Sequence record: MK514281.1
Length of the DNA stretch: 64,000 nucleotides
Reading direction: 5' to 3' (one strand)
Shown here: one piece after another, positions 35,641 to 44,207 of the stretch
How positions within the stretch are numbered: the first letter of the stretch is position 1
Layout of the letters: every line of letters starts with the position of its first letter
Made by a program: the position numbers and the translations under genes
Notes under the pieces: generated by a model
What the model was told of the DNA's origin: nothing
The model's input: only the letters and a program-made list of their open reading frames with translations
Database searches by the model: none

Positions 35641-37764
35641 TTACCAGCTAAATGCTTTATTGGCACGTGGCATAGTCACTTCCATTGGGATATCTTCCGT
35701 GACGAGCTCTTGGCTTTCCAGATCGTCTAACCACGCTTCCATTCCTGCCGAGAGGAACTGGTGCTCATGTGCACTTTCTTCAAACGATTCCAACCCTACT
35801 GCTTCAGCGATCTCTTCAACTTCAACGTTCGAACCATAACGGTCCAAGCCCATCAGTGCATCAACCTGAGACTTCGACCAAGCCATGATGTCTTCTGAGC
35901 GTGTTGAGATGTTCGGCATGGCGCCAGTATCCAATACGAAGTTAAAGATATACACTTCGTCTTCCTGACCAATACGGTGCATACGTGAGACAGCCTGTTC
36001 GTAGTGGTGGAAGCGGAAAGGTTTGTTCAACATTAATCCACAGTTCGCTTCAGTCAGGGGTACGGCCTCTGCCAGTGAGCGGAAGGTGGCGATCCCGGGG
36101 TTAACGTCTTCAGAAGCACGGAACGACTTCACCATCTCAACCAGGTCTTTGTTGGTATCGCCGTAAACCACGACGGGCTTATACCCCAGACCCCGACAGA
36201 TCAACGCCATGGTTTCCAACGCAGGCACAAAGTCAGTGAAGATCAGGGTCTTCTTCTTGGCGTTGTCAATGTAGGTACCGAACGGAATCGCCTCAGCAAG
36301 CTCTACGTGACACATGGTGCGTTCTTTACCCAACACCCTACCCAGACACTCCCCTTTGATCTTCAAGTCCACATACTTGATTACAGAGCGGGCATCTTTG
36401 AACGTCTTACGCATGTGGTCCGGGAGCACCGGGATGATACGCTTGAGTTCGTACTCGTTACAATACTGACTCATATGGGCCATCGAGTAGGGATCATAGC
36501 CCTGGGTAACAAATGTGTTCACATATTGGTTGTAGAGTTTGAAGTCCTCTTTCTCTTTGGGGGAGTGCAAGGTCTTCTCATACCAGCCCAGTGCATCGTC
36601 GTAGATTTTCTGGTAGGTCGGTTTGTTGTCGGTATAGAACTTAAACCGCTCTTGAATGAACGCTATCATGATCCGTTGGATGTTATCCAGGGTATAATGC
36701 GCACCATTCTTAATCTTGATCTTCACCGTCATCTCGATTGGTTTGGTGGTCATGAACTTCGACTTCGGTACTGAGAAGCTCACAATCCCCAATCGGTTCG
36801 CCAGGATGTCGTTGGCTTTGGTGGCAGTCTTGCCCCAGATCTTACGCATCGCTAATTCAACATCATTAGTGAAACCGGGGATCAGGGTACGGAACAACGG
36901 CACCGCCTCAGTACCCATGGCAGTCAACGCCGTACCGGAGGCCCAGACGATATCCTGCGACCCTGAGGCCTGGCAGAGTTCCACAAACAGGTTGGTACGA
37001 ATCGACTCTTTGGTTTTCTGGTTTAAGTTGTGCGACTCATCGAGGATAATCCCGACGTTGGGCAGACGCAGTTCTTTTACCATCTTCACCACTTCATCCA
37101 AACGCTCGTAGTGCGCAACGATCCATTTGGTGCCTTTGCGGTATGGTTGGTCATACTCTGCAACCCAGACCGACTCCTCTGTCGTAAGTTCTGTGGTGAT
37201 CGTGCGCTCCCAAACATCGCGTGTGGCTTTCTTGGGGGCAATGACAATCACGTAATCTTTCTTACGACAGAGCATGGTCATGATACTGCAGAGTGTCTTA
37301 CCGGCACCGGGTGCGGCAGAGAGTAAAGCACCGCGCAGACCGTAGCGTGGGATCACGGTGTTGTAGTAGTTCAACCAGTTACGCTGTTCAGGTAACGGGG
37401 TCTTTTTAACATACTTCAACTGGTTCAGGTCGATGATATCTTCATACTGCTCCTCGAGGTTGCGCATCCAGGTGTTCTTGCGCAGCAGCTCCAGGATCTT
37501 ACCCAGGCCCCGACGATCTGACCAGGTCTTATCGTGCTCGTAGAGTTGCTTTAAGATGTACTCGACTTCGATGGCAAAGAAGCTGTTAAAGCTGATCTTG
37601 TTCTGGGTTACCTCTCGAAAGAGATAGCCAGCAATTTTACTGGTCTTCCAGACCTTGAGGATGTCGCGCGTTGCCAGTGGGGCATTAAAGCCAGTGATGG
37701 TAATGATATCGTTTTTCTCTTCGACGTTAATGAACCCTAACGCCCGACGCAGGTAGTCAAACAT
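35641..37764 (-). CDS. SF2 (SNF2/DEAD-like) helicase
   Basis: AAPGAGKT (motif I), ILDESHN (II), SGTA (III), QAVSRMHRIGQ (VI). Confidence 0.9.
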   Translation of the reverse strand: MFDYLRRALGFINVEEKNDIITITGFNAPLATRDILKVWKTSKIAGYLFREVTQNKISFNSFFAIEVEYILKQLYEHDKTWSDRRGLGKILELLRKNTWMRNLEEQYEDIIDLNQLKYVKKTPLPEQRNWLNYYNTVIPRYGLRGALLSAAPGAGKTLCSIMTMLCRKKDYVIVIAPKKATRDVWERTITTELTTEESVWVAEYDQPYRKGTKWIVAHYERLDEVVKMVKELRLPNVGIILDESHNLNQKTKESIRTNLFVELCQASGSQDIVWASGTALTAMGTEAVPLFRTLIPGFTNDVELAMRKIWGKTATKANDILANRLGIVSFSVPKSKFMTTKPIEMTVKIKIKNGAHYTLDNIQRIMIAFIQERFKFYTDNKPTYQKIYDDALGWYEKTLHSPKEKEDFKLYNQYVNTFVTQGYDPYSMAHMSQYCNEYELKRIIPVLPDHMRKTFKDARSVIKYVDLKIKGECLGRVLGKERTMCHVELAEAIPFGTYIDNAKKKTLIFTDFVPALETMALICRGLGYKPVVVYGDTNKDLVEMVKSFRASEDVNPGIATFRSLAEAVPLTEANCGLMLNKPFRFHHYEQAVSRMHRIGQEDEVYIFNFVLDTGAMPNISTRSEDIMAWSKSQVDALMGLDRYGSNVEVEEIAEAVGLESFEESAHEHQFLSAGMEAWLDDLESQELVTEDIPMEVTMPRANKAFSW

Positions 37765-37843
37765 AAATGCCCCTTAGGAAAGTTAAATCATACTAATGTG
37801 ATCTATAAAATAACGTGCGATATAGAATCTATATTTTTACATA

Positions 37844-37862
37844 CCTACATTACGGTAGTGAT
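37844..37862 (+). promoter_or_regulatory. Putative early promoter, divergent from the helicase gene
   Basis: CCTACATTAC-GGTA-GTGAT. Confidence 0.7.
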
Positions 37863-37969
37863 ATGTTGTACAACATAAAACATATTAGTTGGGTATACTA
37901 AAGTTTTATTAGATCCACTACACTTTCGAATAGTGTTTTAGTATACAACCAACAACTTGGAGGTCCACT

Positions 37970-38041
37970 ATGGATCGTTTAATCATTTTCACCGGGGTAA
38001 TCGTTACATTCGTCATTAGCATTGCGATGACTGTGACGTAA
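37970..38041 (+). CDS. 23-aa hydrophobic peptide, not in the ORF track
   Basis: MDRLIIFTGVIVTFVISIAMTVT; GGAGG SD about 6 nt upstream; structured leader. Confidence 0.6.
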   Translation: MDRLIIFTGVIVTFVISIAMTVT

Positions 38042-38057
38042 CACAAAGGAGAGGGTT

Positions 38058-38471
38058 ATGAATCGCCCTACATTAACCGTTCGCGGCATGATCGATGAGC
38101 TATTAGCCGCTGCAAAAGCGCAACACCCAGATATAACTCGACTGGCAATAAAGGTCGCATATATTCAGAATGAAAAAATTAAGTACATTGTGAATATCAC
38201 CACCGCTACAGGAGTGATACCATTCACGGATGAAAGTCAGATGGATGTTATGGGAGTTGTCGAGCATGAGGTGGCAAAGATCACCGAACGCGAACGCAAT
38301 AGACCCAACGTAGGCGAATTAGACATAGCCAGTAACACCACAATAAACCTGTATACGAAGTTTAGGCGCATCTTTGGGCCTCGACCCATTATCACAGTGA
38401 AATTGGGTTATCTTGATCCCGTCACCCCTAACGTCAACAGGGTTACCGTGGAATTAGACTACACTTACTAA
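38058..38471 (+). CDS. Hypothetical protein
   Basis: AAGGAG RBS. Confidence 0.7.
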   Translation: MNRPTLTVRGMIDELLAAAKAQHPDITRLAIKVAYIQNEKIKYIVNITTATGVIPFTDESQMDVMGVVEHEVAKITERERNRPNVGELDIASNTTINLYTKFRRIFGPRPIITVKLGYLDPVTPNVNRVTVELDYTY

Positions 38472-38485
38472 AGGGTTTGACAATA

Positions 38486-39061
38486 ATGTTAAACAAAATC
38501 ATTACTGAGAATGTTGGACGCATCTCACTGAAGGTCTGGGATAACTGCGAAGATTATTTGCTTCGCGTTACTCAGGGGATTAAACGTGACATCATGCGGG
38601 AAATCAAAACGCATGGTGGTCGCACCCAATTCCGCGTCACTGTCCGTAACTCTCTCGGCTATAACAAGGCCGAGGGGATCTTTCACGATCTGCAAGTGGT
38701 GGTCACCTGCCTGGCCACTTCCAAAGAACTGAAAGAAACCGTGCGCCTGCCCGTCAGCAAAGACAATCCCCTGGCCGTTATTAAGGGTACGTTGATGCAT
38801 GCGGCGATCAAAGCCAACGCAGTGCGCAGCTATACCTCGATGAACTCACGGGCTGATGAAGTCCGTAAGACACTGAAGAGCAACCTGGATGACATGCTGA
38901 AAACGCACTCCACGGTCATCTCAGTGCATCAACACAAATCTGGCCATCCTGAAATTGCTGCGGAATTCATTCAAACTGACGGTCCTTCCATGGCCGCCTT
39001 ATTTGAGAAACTTGCGCAGCACTCCCCATTGGGTGGTCTCTCAACACAACCTTCCATGTAA
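38486..39061 (+). CDS. Hypothetical protein
   Basis: AAGGG RBS before ATG at 38486. Confidence 0.7.
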   Translation: MLNKIITENVGRISLKVWDNCEDYLLRVTQGIKRDIMREIKTHGGRTQFRVTVRNSLGYNKAEGIFHDLQVVVTCLATSKELKETVRLPVSKDNPLAVIKGTLMHAAIKANAVRSYTSMNSRADEVRKTLKSNLDDMLKTHSTVISVHQHKSGHPEIAAEFIQTDGPSMAALFEKLAQHSPLGGLSTQPSM

Positions 39062-39118
39062 GTTCTCGTAATCGGCTGGGCGGGTGAGTATCACCGCCTG
39101 GCTTTCCAGGAGTCTATT

Positions 39119-39619
39119 ATGAGCGCCTTGCTTACAGAACTCCTCTCTGGACCCGCAATTCCTTTCGGGTTGGTAATTGGTATACTCGTTTGGTTATTGC
39201 ATGTGAAGCTGTCAAACAAATCACATCAGCATGTTTACGATGTGGTCGGTCATCAATTGGTTAATGATATCGAACACCTGTGCCGGGAGCTAGCCAGCCC
39301 ATCGGATCATCGGCGTTACATCAAAACCGATCTTCCACCACAAGGTGATCAGATTAACTACCTGCGTAAGCACATCGAATCGCACCTTAAAGCGCGTGTA
39401 ACTAAATACATCGATGCTGCTTGTTATAACGACAGGGCAGCCCGTAGACCTCGGGCGAAGTTACACGTCAAGGTGGTTAACCTGGCACATATGGGGCAAG
39501 GGCTTGAGATAAGTTTTAAACTAGGCCGAGGGATCTTCACCGATCACCGTACCTATTTTAAACCATCCACCTATGCCCATGTCAGTCTCTTCTTTAAAGA
39601 TGAAGTTCTTTCCAAATAA
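39119..39619 (+). CDS. Hypothetical protein with N-terminal TM anchor
   Basis: IPFGLVIGILVWLL helix; AGGAG RBS. Confidence 0.7.
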   Translation: MSALLTELLSGPAIPFGLVIGILVWLLHVKLSNKSHQHVYDVVGHQLVNDIEHLCRELASPSDHRRYIKTDLPPQGDQINYLRKHIESHLKARVTKYIDAACYNDRAARRPRAKLHVKVVNLAHMGQGLEISFKLGRGIFTDHRTYFKPSTYAHVSLFFKDEVLSK

Positions 39620-39631
39620 AGGAATCAGTAG

Positions 39632-40948
39632 ATGTCAAGCAAAAAAGCAGCCAAAGTCAATCCAAAGAAACAACACAAACAAGCTGTTGCGCAGCAGACG
39701 CAGCAGGTTAACGGTGACCTGGAATGGGCCCGTGGTATCTTTAGCCATATCGACAGCTATTTTGTTCAGCAGGTGAATAACCTGGTGCACCGTCGTTATA
39801 AAGGCAGCGACAACTATCCGAAACATTTCGGCGCCCGTGTTGAGATCAATGAAAAGCACGGTCGCTACGACATCCTGAAATTCCTGAGCTGGGATGAAGC
39901 CGGTGTGCTCGATGACTTCGGTAACCAGACCGGTGAGTTCGAACTCGGTTATGTGCATTTCCATCGCCTGAAAGAGATCTCGCAGGATGCACACAAAAAC
40001 AACCGTCCGGTGGATATCGGCTGGGCCTATGTACCACACGTTGATTTCGAACACTCTGTTGATGCAGCCATGAAAGCGGCAGCAAAACATGATCACTTCG
40101 AAGCGGCGGTGCGCGCACATCTGCAAGGCGCGCTGGATGTCTATGCGACACTGGTCGATGAACTCAAAGCTGAATACCAGCCTGAGAACGCAGACGGCCA
40201 ATACGTTGGCGTGTGTTTCTACTTCAACCCAGAAACCAACGTATTGGAATACGTGATGCAGAAACACGGCGTAACCGATCTGATCGACGGTAAAGCCTCT
40301 GAGCGTGACTTCCGTGATCTGCCGGCTGGCGCAGAAGTTACTGGTCCAATCGTGGTGGATGGTGATACGGACTTCCGTAACTACAACTCCTGCATGTTGC
40401 GTCTGGTCAGTGAAGTGGCGCGTTGGGAACGTATCAGTAAACCAAACAAAGAGTGTATGGAAACTGCAGCAACGGATCTGGTGGGTCGCATGATCACCAA
40501 TGCCGAAGCAGCGTTTGAGAAAGCCAAAGAGAAGGCCGCTGCTGAAGGCATCACAGCAGATCTCTCTCTGCGTTACAATGGTCTGCGTGGTCTGCTGGAA
40601 GTGGTCTACAAAGATGAGCTGGGTAATACCGCGCTGGTTGATATCGGTATGGACGCAGCCGCTGTGCTATTGATCATGACCCGTATCGAACCGGATCTGC
40701 AGATGTACGTCACCCCACGTTTCAACAAAGCCTTTGTTGAGCGTTTCGGTGCAGGTGACCAGCACGTCAAAAATGACAACGGTGATGTGATTGCTACCGA
40801 AGTCCCGGCGCGTGGCCTGACTGCTGACTTCCTCGCTTTTGATGAACTCGCTGTCACTGGTCAGGCGTCACCGGTACAGGAGCTGGATGATGCGTTTGAT
40901 AAAGACGACGAACCGGCTGCTGATGAAAACTACGCCCTGAAGGCGTAA
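39632..40948 (+). CDS. Hypothetical protein
   Basis: 438-aa ORF, AAGGA RBS, terminator at about 40960-40985. Confidence 0.8.
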   Translation: MSSKKAAKVNPKKQHKQAVAQQTQQVNGDLEWARGIFSHIDSYFVQQVNNLVHRRYKGSDNYPKHFGARVEINEKHGRYDILKFLSWDEAGVLDDFGNQTGEFELGYVHFHRLKEISQDAHKNNRPVDIGWAYVPHVDFEHSVDAAMKAAAKHDHFEAAVRAHLQGALDVYATLVDELKAEYQPENADGQYVGVCFYFNPETNVLEYVMQKHGVTDLIDGKASERDFRDLPAGAEVTGPIVVDGDTDFRNYNSCMLRLVSEVARWERISKPNKECMETAATDLVGRMITNAEAAFEKAKEKAAAEGITADLSLRYNGLRGLLEVVYKDELGNTALVDIGMDAAAVLLIMTRIEPDLQMYVTPRFNKAFVERFGAGDQHVKNDNGDVIATEVPARGLTADFLAFDELAVTGQASPVQELDDAFDKDDEPAADENYALKA

Positions 40949-41036
40949 GTTCGGTTATGGGGGAGGGCTTAGGCTCTCCCTTTTAACAGTTATCTTTCTT
41001 TTTTATTTGATTTTTTACAATGCAGATTTTTTCAGA

Positions 41037-41055
41037 CCTATATGACGGAAGTGAA
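41037..41055 (+). promoter_or_regulatory. Putative early promoter (variant)
   Basis: CCTATATGAC-GGAA-GTGAA with upstream TGCAGATTTT. Confidence 0.55.
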
Positions 41056-41109
41056 TAGAGCCAGTAGTCACTGACTCGACAATCTTAATTCACTTACGAG
41101 GTATAGATT

Positions 41110-41547
41110 ATGAAACTGAATAAACTGCGTTATGTTCTTTCTAAGGGATTCATTTCTCTTTGTGCCGACAACATCGAAGCCATGGGCATGGAAAAAGTTA
41201 TCCGTATGGCCGAACGTCGTTACATGTTCGCTAACCCAAAAGCTGACGAAGTCGAAATCGACGAGTCTGATGTTAACCGTGCTCTTAGCATCGCTAAGAA
41301 CAAAGATGCACGCTATGACCGTATTGCTAACCTGTACTCTTGGTTGGCACGTAACATCTCTGGTGTTCGTAACACTGCGGCGTTAAACCGTGATGTAATG
41401 AAAAGCCTGTGGATGAGCTACCGCGGTTATATCACTGCAAACGCTCTGGAAGAACTGTGGGTGGTTACTAAGGTGTATGACAATGGTACTGACCTCGAAG
41501 TTGAGTTCAGTGAAGTTTGTGCCCTGATTGCCAACAGCGAAGTATAA
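41110..41547 (+). CDS. Hypothetical early protein
   Basis: GAGGT RBS. Confidence 0.75.
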   Translation: MKLNKLRYVLSKGFISLCADNIEAMGMEKVIRMAERRYMFANPKADEVEIDESDVNRALSIAKNKDARYDRIANLYSWLARNISGVRNTAALNRDVMKSLWMSYRGYITANALEELWVVTKVYDNGTDLEVEFSEVCALIANSEV

Positions 41548-41557
41548 GGAGCACATT

Positions 41558-42043
41558 ATGTCAAACGGGGTAATGTGGATGATGCTAGCGGCCTGTATCG
41601 CTATCGGCTTCAAGATTATCGGTACGGCCTTATCTTCCCCGGCCTCGACCGTTGCAGATCTAAAACGCTGGGCTTCTATTAAGACACCAGATTTCATTGA
41701 TGCGGCTTTCACCGGGGAAACGATGTATTGCATTACTGAGCGTACTGCTAAACGCCATTTGGAACTTTATGGTCCAGACGGTATCGTAGGTATGTACAGT
41801 GATGTGTTTGATGAACTTAGACAATGTACCACTATGGACGGGTGGTTAATCGACGGTAGGATTGTCGACAATAAAAACGGAGCAGTACAGATCGCCTTGA
41901 CCATGACCCGCAACGAAGTGGTTCTCAATAAAGCATACGTTGTCCCATACTTGCAAATCCTGCGAGTCACCGACACGTTCTCTCCTGAGATTCTCCGTCG
42001 TTCTGTTCGTGATGTTCAGGTTATTAATGCAAATGTTGTTTGA
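41558..42043 (+). CDS. Hypothetical protein with N-terminal TM helix
   Basis: AAGGAG RBS before ATG at 41558. Confidence 0.7.
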   Translation: MSNGVMWMMLAACIAIGFKIIGTALSSPASTVADLKRWASIKTPDFIDAAFTGETMYCITERTAKRHLELYGPDGIVGMYSDVFDELRQCTTMDGWLIDGRIVDNKNGAVQIALTMTRNEVVLNKAYVVPYLQILRVTDTFSPEILRRSVRDVQVINANVV

Positions 42044-42057
42044 TCCCTCCGAATTTT

Positions 42058-42086
42058 AGGCCAGGTTTACACCTGGCCTTTATGCC
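42058..42086 (+). terminator. Intrinsic terminator with TTATGCC tail
   Basis: AGGCCAGG-TTTACA-CCTGGCCT-TTATGCC. Confidence 0.85.
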
Positions 42087-42139
42087 GGCCTGGGAATGGT
42101 ACCCGTTATGCCACTATCAATTAACCAAAATGTAGAAAT

Positions 42140-42213
42140 GGTAGATTGGCCTAACCAAGGGCCAACTACCTAGCCGTCATACTGCGCTGGGGGTTCGATG
42201 TAACCCCCAGGCA
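42140..42213. ncRNA. Putative structured RNA or leader (two strong hairpins)
   Basis: GGTAG-A-TTGGCC-TAACCAAG-GGCCAA-CTACC and CTGGGGGTT-CGATGT-AACCCCCAG, neither followed by a T tract. Confidence 0.4.
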
Positions 42214-42258
42214 ACCCTTATCTATTTAACCTAATTTAACACCAGGGAATTTACTAAA

Positions 42259-42423
42259 ATGGCTTTTATCAAATCACTGTTCCATAAAGCGTCTTCTACT
42301 ACTCCTGTTAACATCAGCGTAATCGAAGCCCAGCTGGAAGAGACCCAACGTATCCTGAACCGTTTAAACAAACATCAGACATCAACCGTCCGTGGCGAAC
42401 GTACTCGCCACAATCACCACTGA
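42259..42423 (+). CDS. 54-aa protein, not in the ORF track
   Basis: MAFIKSLFHKASSTTPVNISVIEAQLEETQRILNRLNKHQTSTVRGERTRHNHH; AGGGA RBS; short coiled coil. Confidence 0.55.
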   Translation: MAFIKSLFHKASSTTPVNISVIEAQLEETQRILNRLNKHQTSTVRGERTRHNHH

Positions 42424-42469
42424 GTGGTGTGCACGAAAGCAAGAAAAGTGTAGTGCAGAAAATCTCACA

Positions 42470-42488
42470 CCTATATAACCTGGGTGAT
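42470..42488 (+). promoter_or_regulatory. Putative early promoter (variant)
   Basis: CCTATATAAC-CTGG-GTGAT with upstream TGCAGAAAAT. Confidence 0.65.
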
Positions 42489-42548
42489 ATACAGTAGTAA
42501 ATCAATTGCAGTAACCAACTTAACCTAATTGTCTTGTGAGGTATTATC

Positions 42549-43178
42549 ATGTCAAACGTACTCGAACTGAACACAACTCCTTCTAACCCGGCAATGGCTG
42601 AAGCTTTCCGTAAAGCAGCAACCAAGGATCTCTCGCCGGAACTGGGCGGTGATACCTTACAAGCCGAATTAGCAAACATGGAACGTGCAAAAACTGAGCC
42701 TGAATCAAACACTGCACGTCTGGCCAAAACCTTAGCGGGCATGACTTCTTCTGTGAAGGACATGAACGAGACGCTGCACGAAGCAGCAGGAGAGAACACC
42801 ATGCATCACACTGATGGCGCTGATAACATGTTCAGCGAAGTAGAAGAAATGATCGAACCTGAATTCACCGGCAGTCACAGTCGTGTCAAAGCCATGGCAC
42901 TGACTGCAGTGGGTTCAATGATTGCCTCGACTGCAGTTGCGGCGCTCTTCACACAGGACAGCAAGACTGTCAAGTCAGTTGCGGTAACGGGTCTGTTAAC
43001 CACCGGCATGCTGGTTGGTATGGAAGCGGTTCAGGCTAAACGTAATCCGACGATGGCGGATCGTCTGGTCATGGGCAAGAAACGTGCCGCCAAGTTACTG
43101 GGCGGTGGTCTGGCAATCGGTGCGGCAACCATGTCAATCGGTTTAACTGTAGGTCGTATCTTTAACTCCGGAGAGTAA
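42549..43178 (+). CDS. Early membrane protein with three hydrophobic C-terminal segments
   Basis: GAGGT RBS; C-half resembles 43180-43560. Confidence 0.75.
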   Translation: MSNVLELNTTPSNPAMAEAFRKAATKDLSPELGGDTLQAELANMERAKTEPESNTARLAKTLAGMTSSVKDMNETLHEAAGENTMHHTDGADNMFSEVEEMIEPEFTGSHSRVKAMALTAVGSMIASTAVAALFTQDSKTVKSVAVTGLLTTGMLVGMEAVQAKRNPTMADRLVMGKKRAAKLLGGGLAIGAATMSIGLTVGRIFNSGE

Positions 43179-43179
43179 C

Positions 43180-43560
43180 ATGAGCCAGTTATTCGAGAAC
43201 ATCGATGACGTCATTGAACCAGTAGTCGATCTGAATGTGGCGAAACGTACCCTGATGTTAGCATCCGGGGTACGAGCTGTAGCACTGGCAGTAGGTGTCG
43301 GTGTCGGCGCTGCTGCCATGAAGATCAAACCTTCAACTGCGGTGAAAGCCGCAGTGATCCCAGCAGTGATCGAACTCGGTGCAACTTACCTCGGGGTGAG
43401 TCGCGCCAGCGAAGTCGAGATCCTGGATAAAGAAGCAACCGTCAGCAACAAATCACATCTCAACGATGCAGCCGTCAATTTCATTGCCGGTGCCGTTGCC
43501 ATTGTAGGCGGTGCAGTCATTGCCCGTGTACTCAAAGGGCCGGAAACGCCGGCTGAATAA
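43180..43560 (+). CDS. Early membrane protein (Gly/Ala-rich helices)
   Basis: GGAG RBS; AKRTLM motif; three hydrophobic segments. Confidence 0.75.
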   Translation: MSQLFENIDDVIEPVVDLNVAKRTLMLASGVRAVALAVGVGVGAAAMKIKPSTAVKAAVIPAVIELGATYLGVSRASEVEILDKEATVSNKSHLNDAAVNFIAGAVAIVGGAVIARVLKGPETPAE

Positions 43561-43575
43561 TCCCAGTAAAGGAAC

Positions 43576-43770
43576 ATGACCATGTTTAACAAAACCTGCG
43601 AACAGAAAGAGCCAGCTTGTGAAGTCACCATCAATCTTAACGTACAGATCGTAGGCATGGCCGTGGGTTGTGTTCTTGCGCAGAGTGAGAACACCATGGT
43701 CAAAGCCGGTGGCGTGGGCTTGGTAGCCGCGTCCTTCCTGGGCATGATTAAGAAACTGTCTAAACTGTAA
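43576..43770 (+). CDS. Small glycine-zipper-like membrane protein
   Basis: IVGMAVGCVLA and AGGVGLVAASFLG; AAGGA RBS. Confidence 0.7.
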   Translation: MTMFNKTCEQKEPACEVTINLNVQIVGMAVGCVLAQSENTMVKAGGVGLVAASFLGMIKKLSKL

Positions 43771-43836
43771 TTCCTTGTAGTAACCAAACCCAATCAAACT
43801 CACTGTAATTAACCTAACTGTAAAAGAGAGAATATC

Positions 43837-44136
43837 ATGGAAAACATCAACGCATCTGCAATCAACGAAACTGCTAAAACTGCTGGCGCTACTGTTGAAG
43901 CTATCGTAAAAGAAACCATGTTCGCGAAAGTGGCAGACGCTGTCGAACCAACTGTTGCGAAGAAGATCGCCAAACGCACCCTGATGGCAGGCGGTGTGTT
44001 AGCGCTCTGTGGTCTGGGTTACTTCGGCTACCGGGCGCTGAAGAAAACCAAAGCAGTCGTAATCATCACCGAAGGCGATGCGGTTAACGAAACCACCGCT
44101 GACACCACCGTGGTAGCAGACGACACTGCTGCGTAA
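43837..44136 (+). CDS. Single-TM early membrane protein
   Basis: AKRTLMAGGVLALCGLGYFGYRALKK; terminator at about 44143-44164. Confidence 0.75.
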   Translation: MENINASAINETAKTAGATVEAIVKETMFAKVADAVEPTVAKKIAKRTLMAGGVLALCGLGYFGYRALKKTKAVVIITEGDAVNETTADTTVVADDTAA

Positions 44137-44207
44137 TTTTGTGAGGGCTAGGATATCCTAGCCCTTTCCTTTCTCACTCTTTTTTTTTTGTTAAAGTAGG
44201 GACGCCC

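Noticed and set aside
42187-42213. GGTTCGA resembling a tRNA T-loop
   Set aside because: The stem closes a 6-nt (or 10-nt) loop, and there is no acceptor, D or anticodon arm geometry or CCA, so it is not a tRNA.
42314-42802. 162-aa minus-strand ORF
   Set aside because: Overlaps an early promoter motif and two plus-strand genes that have good RBSs; composition looks like a shadow frame.
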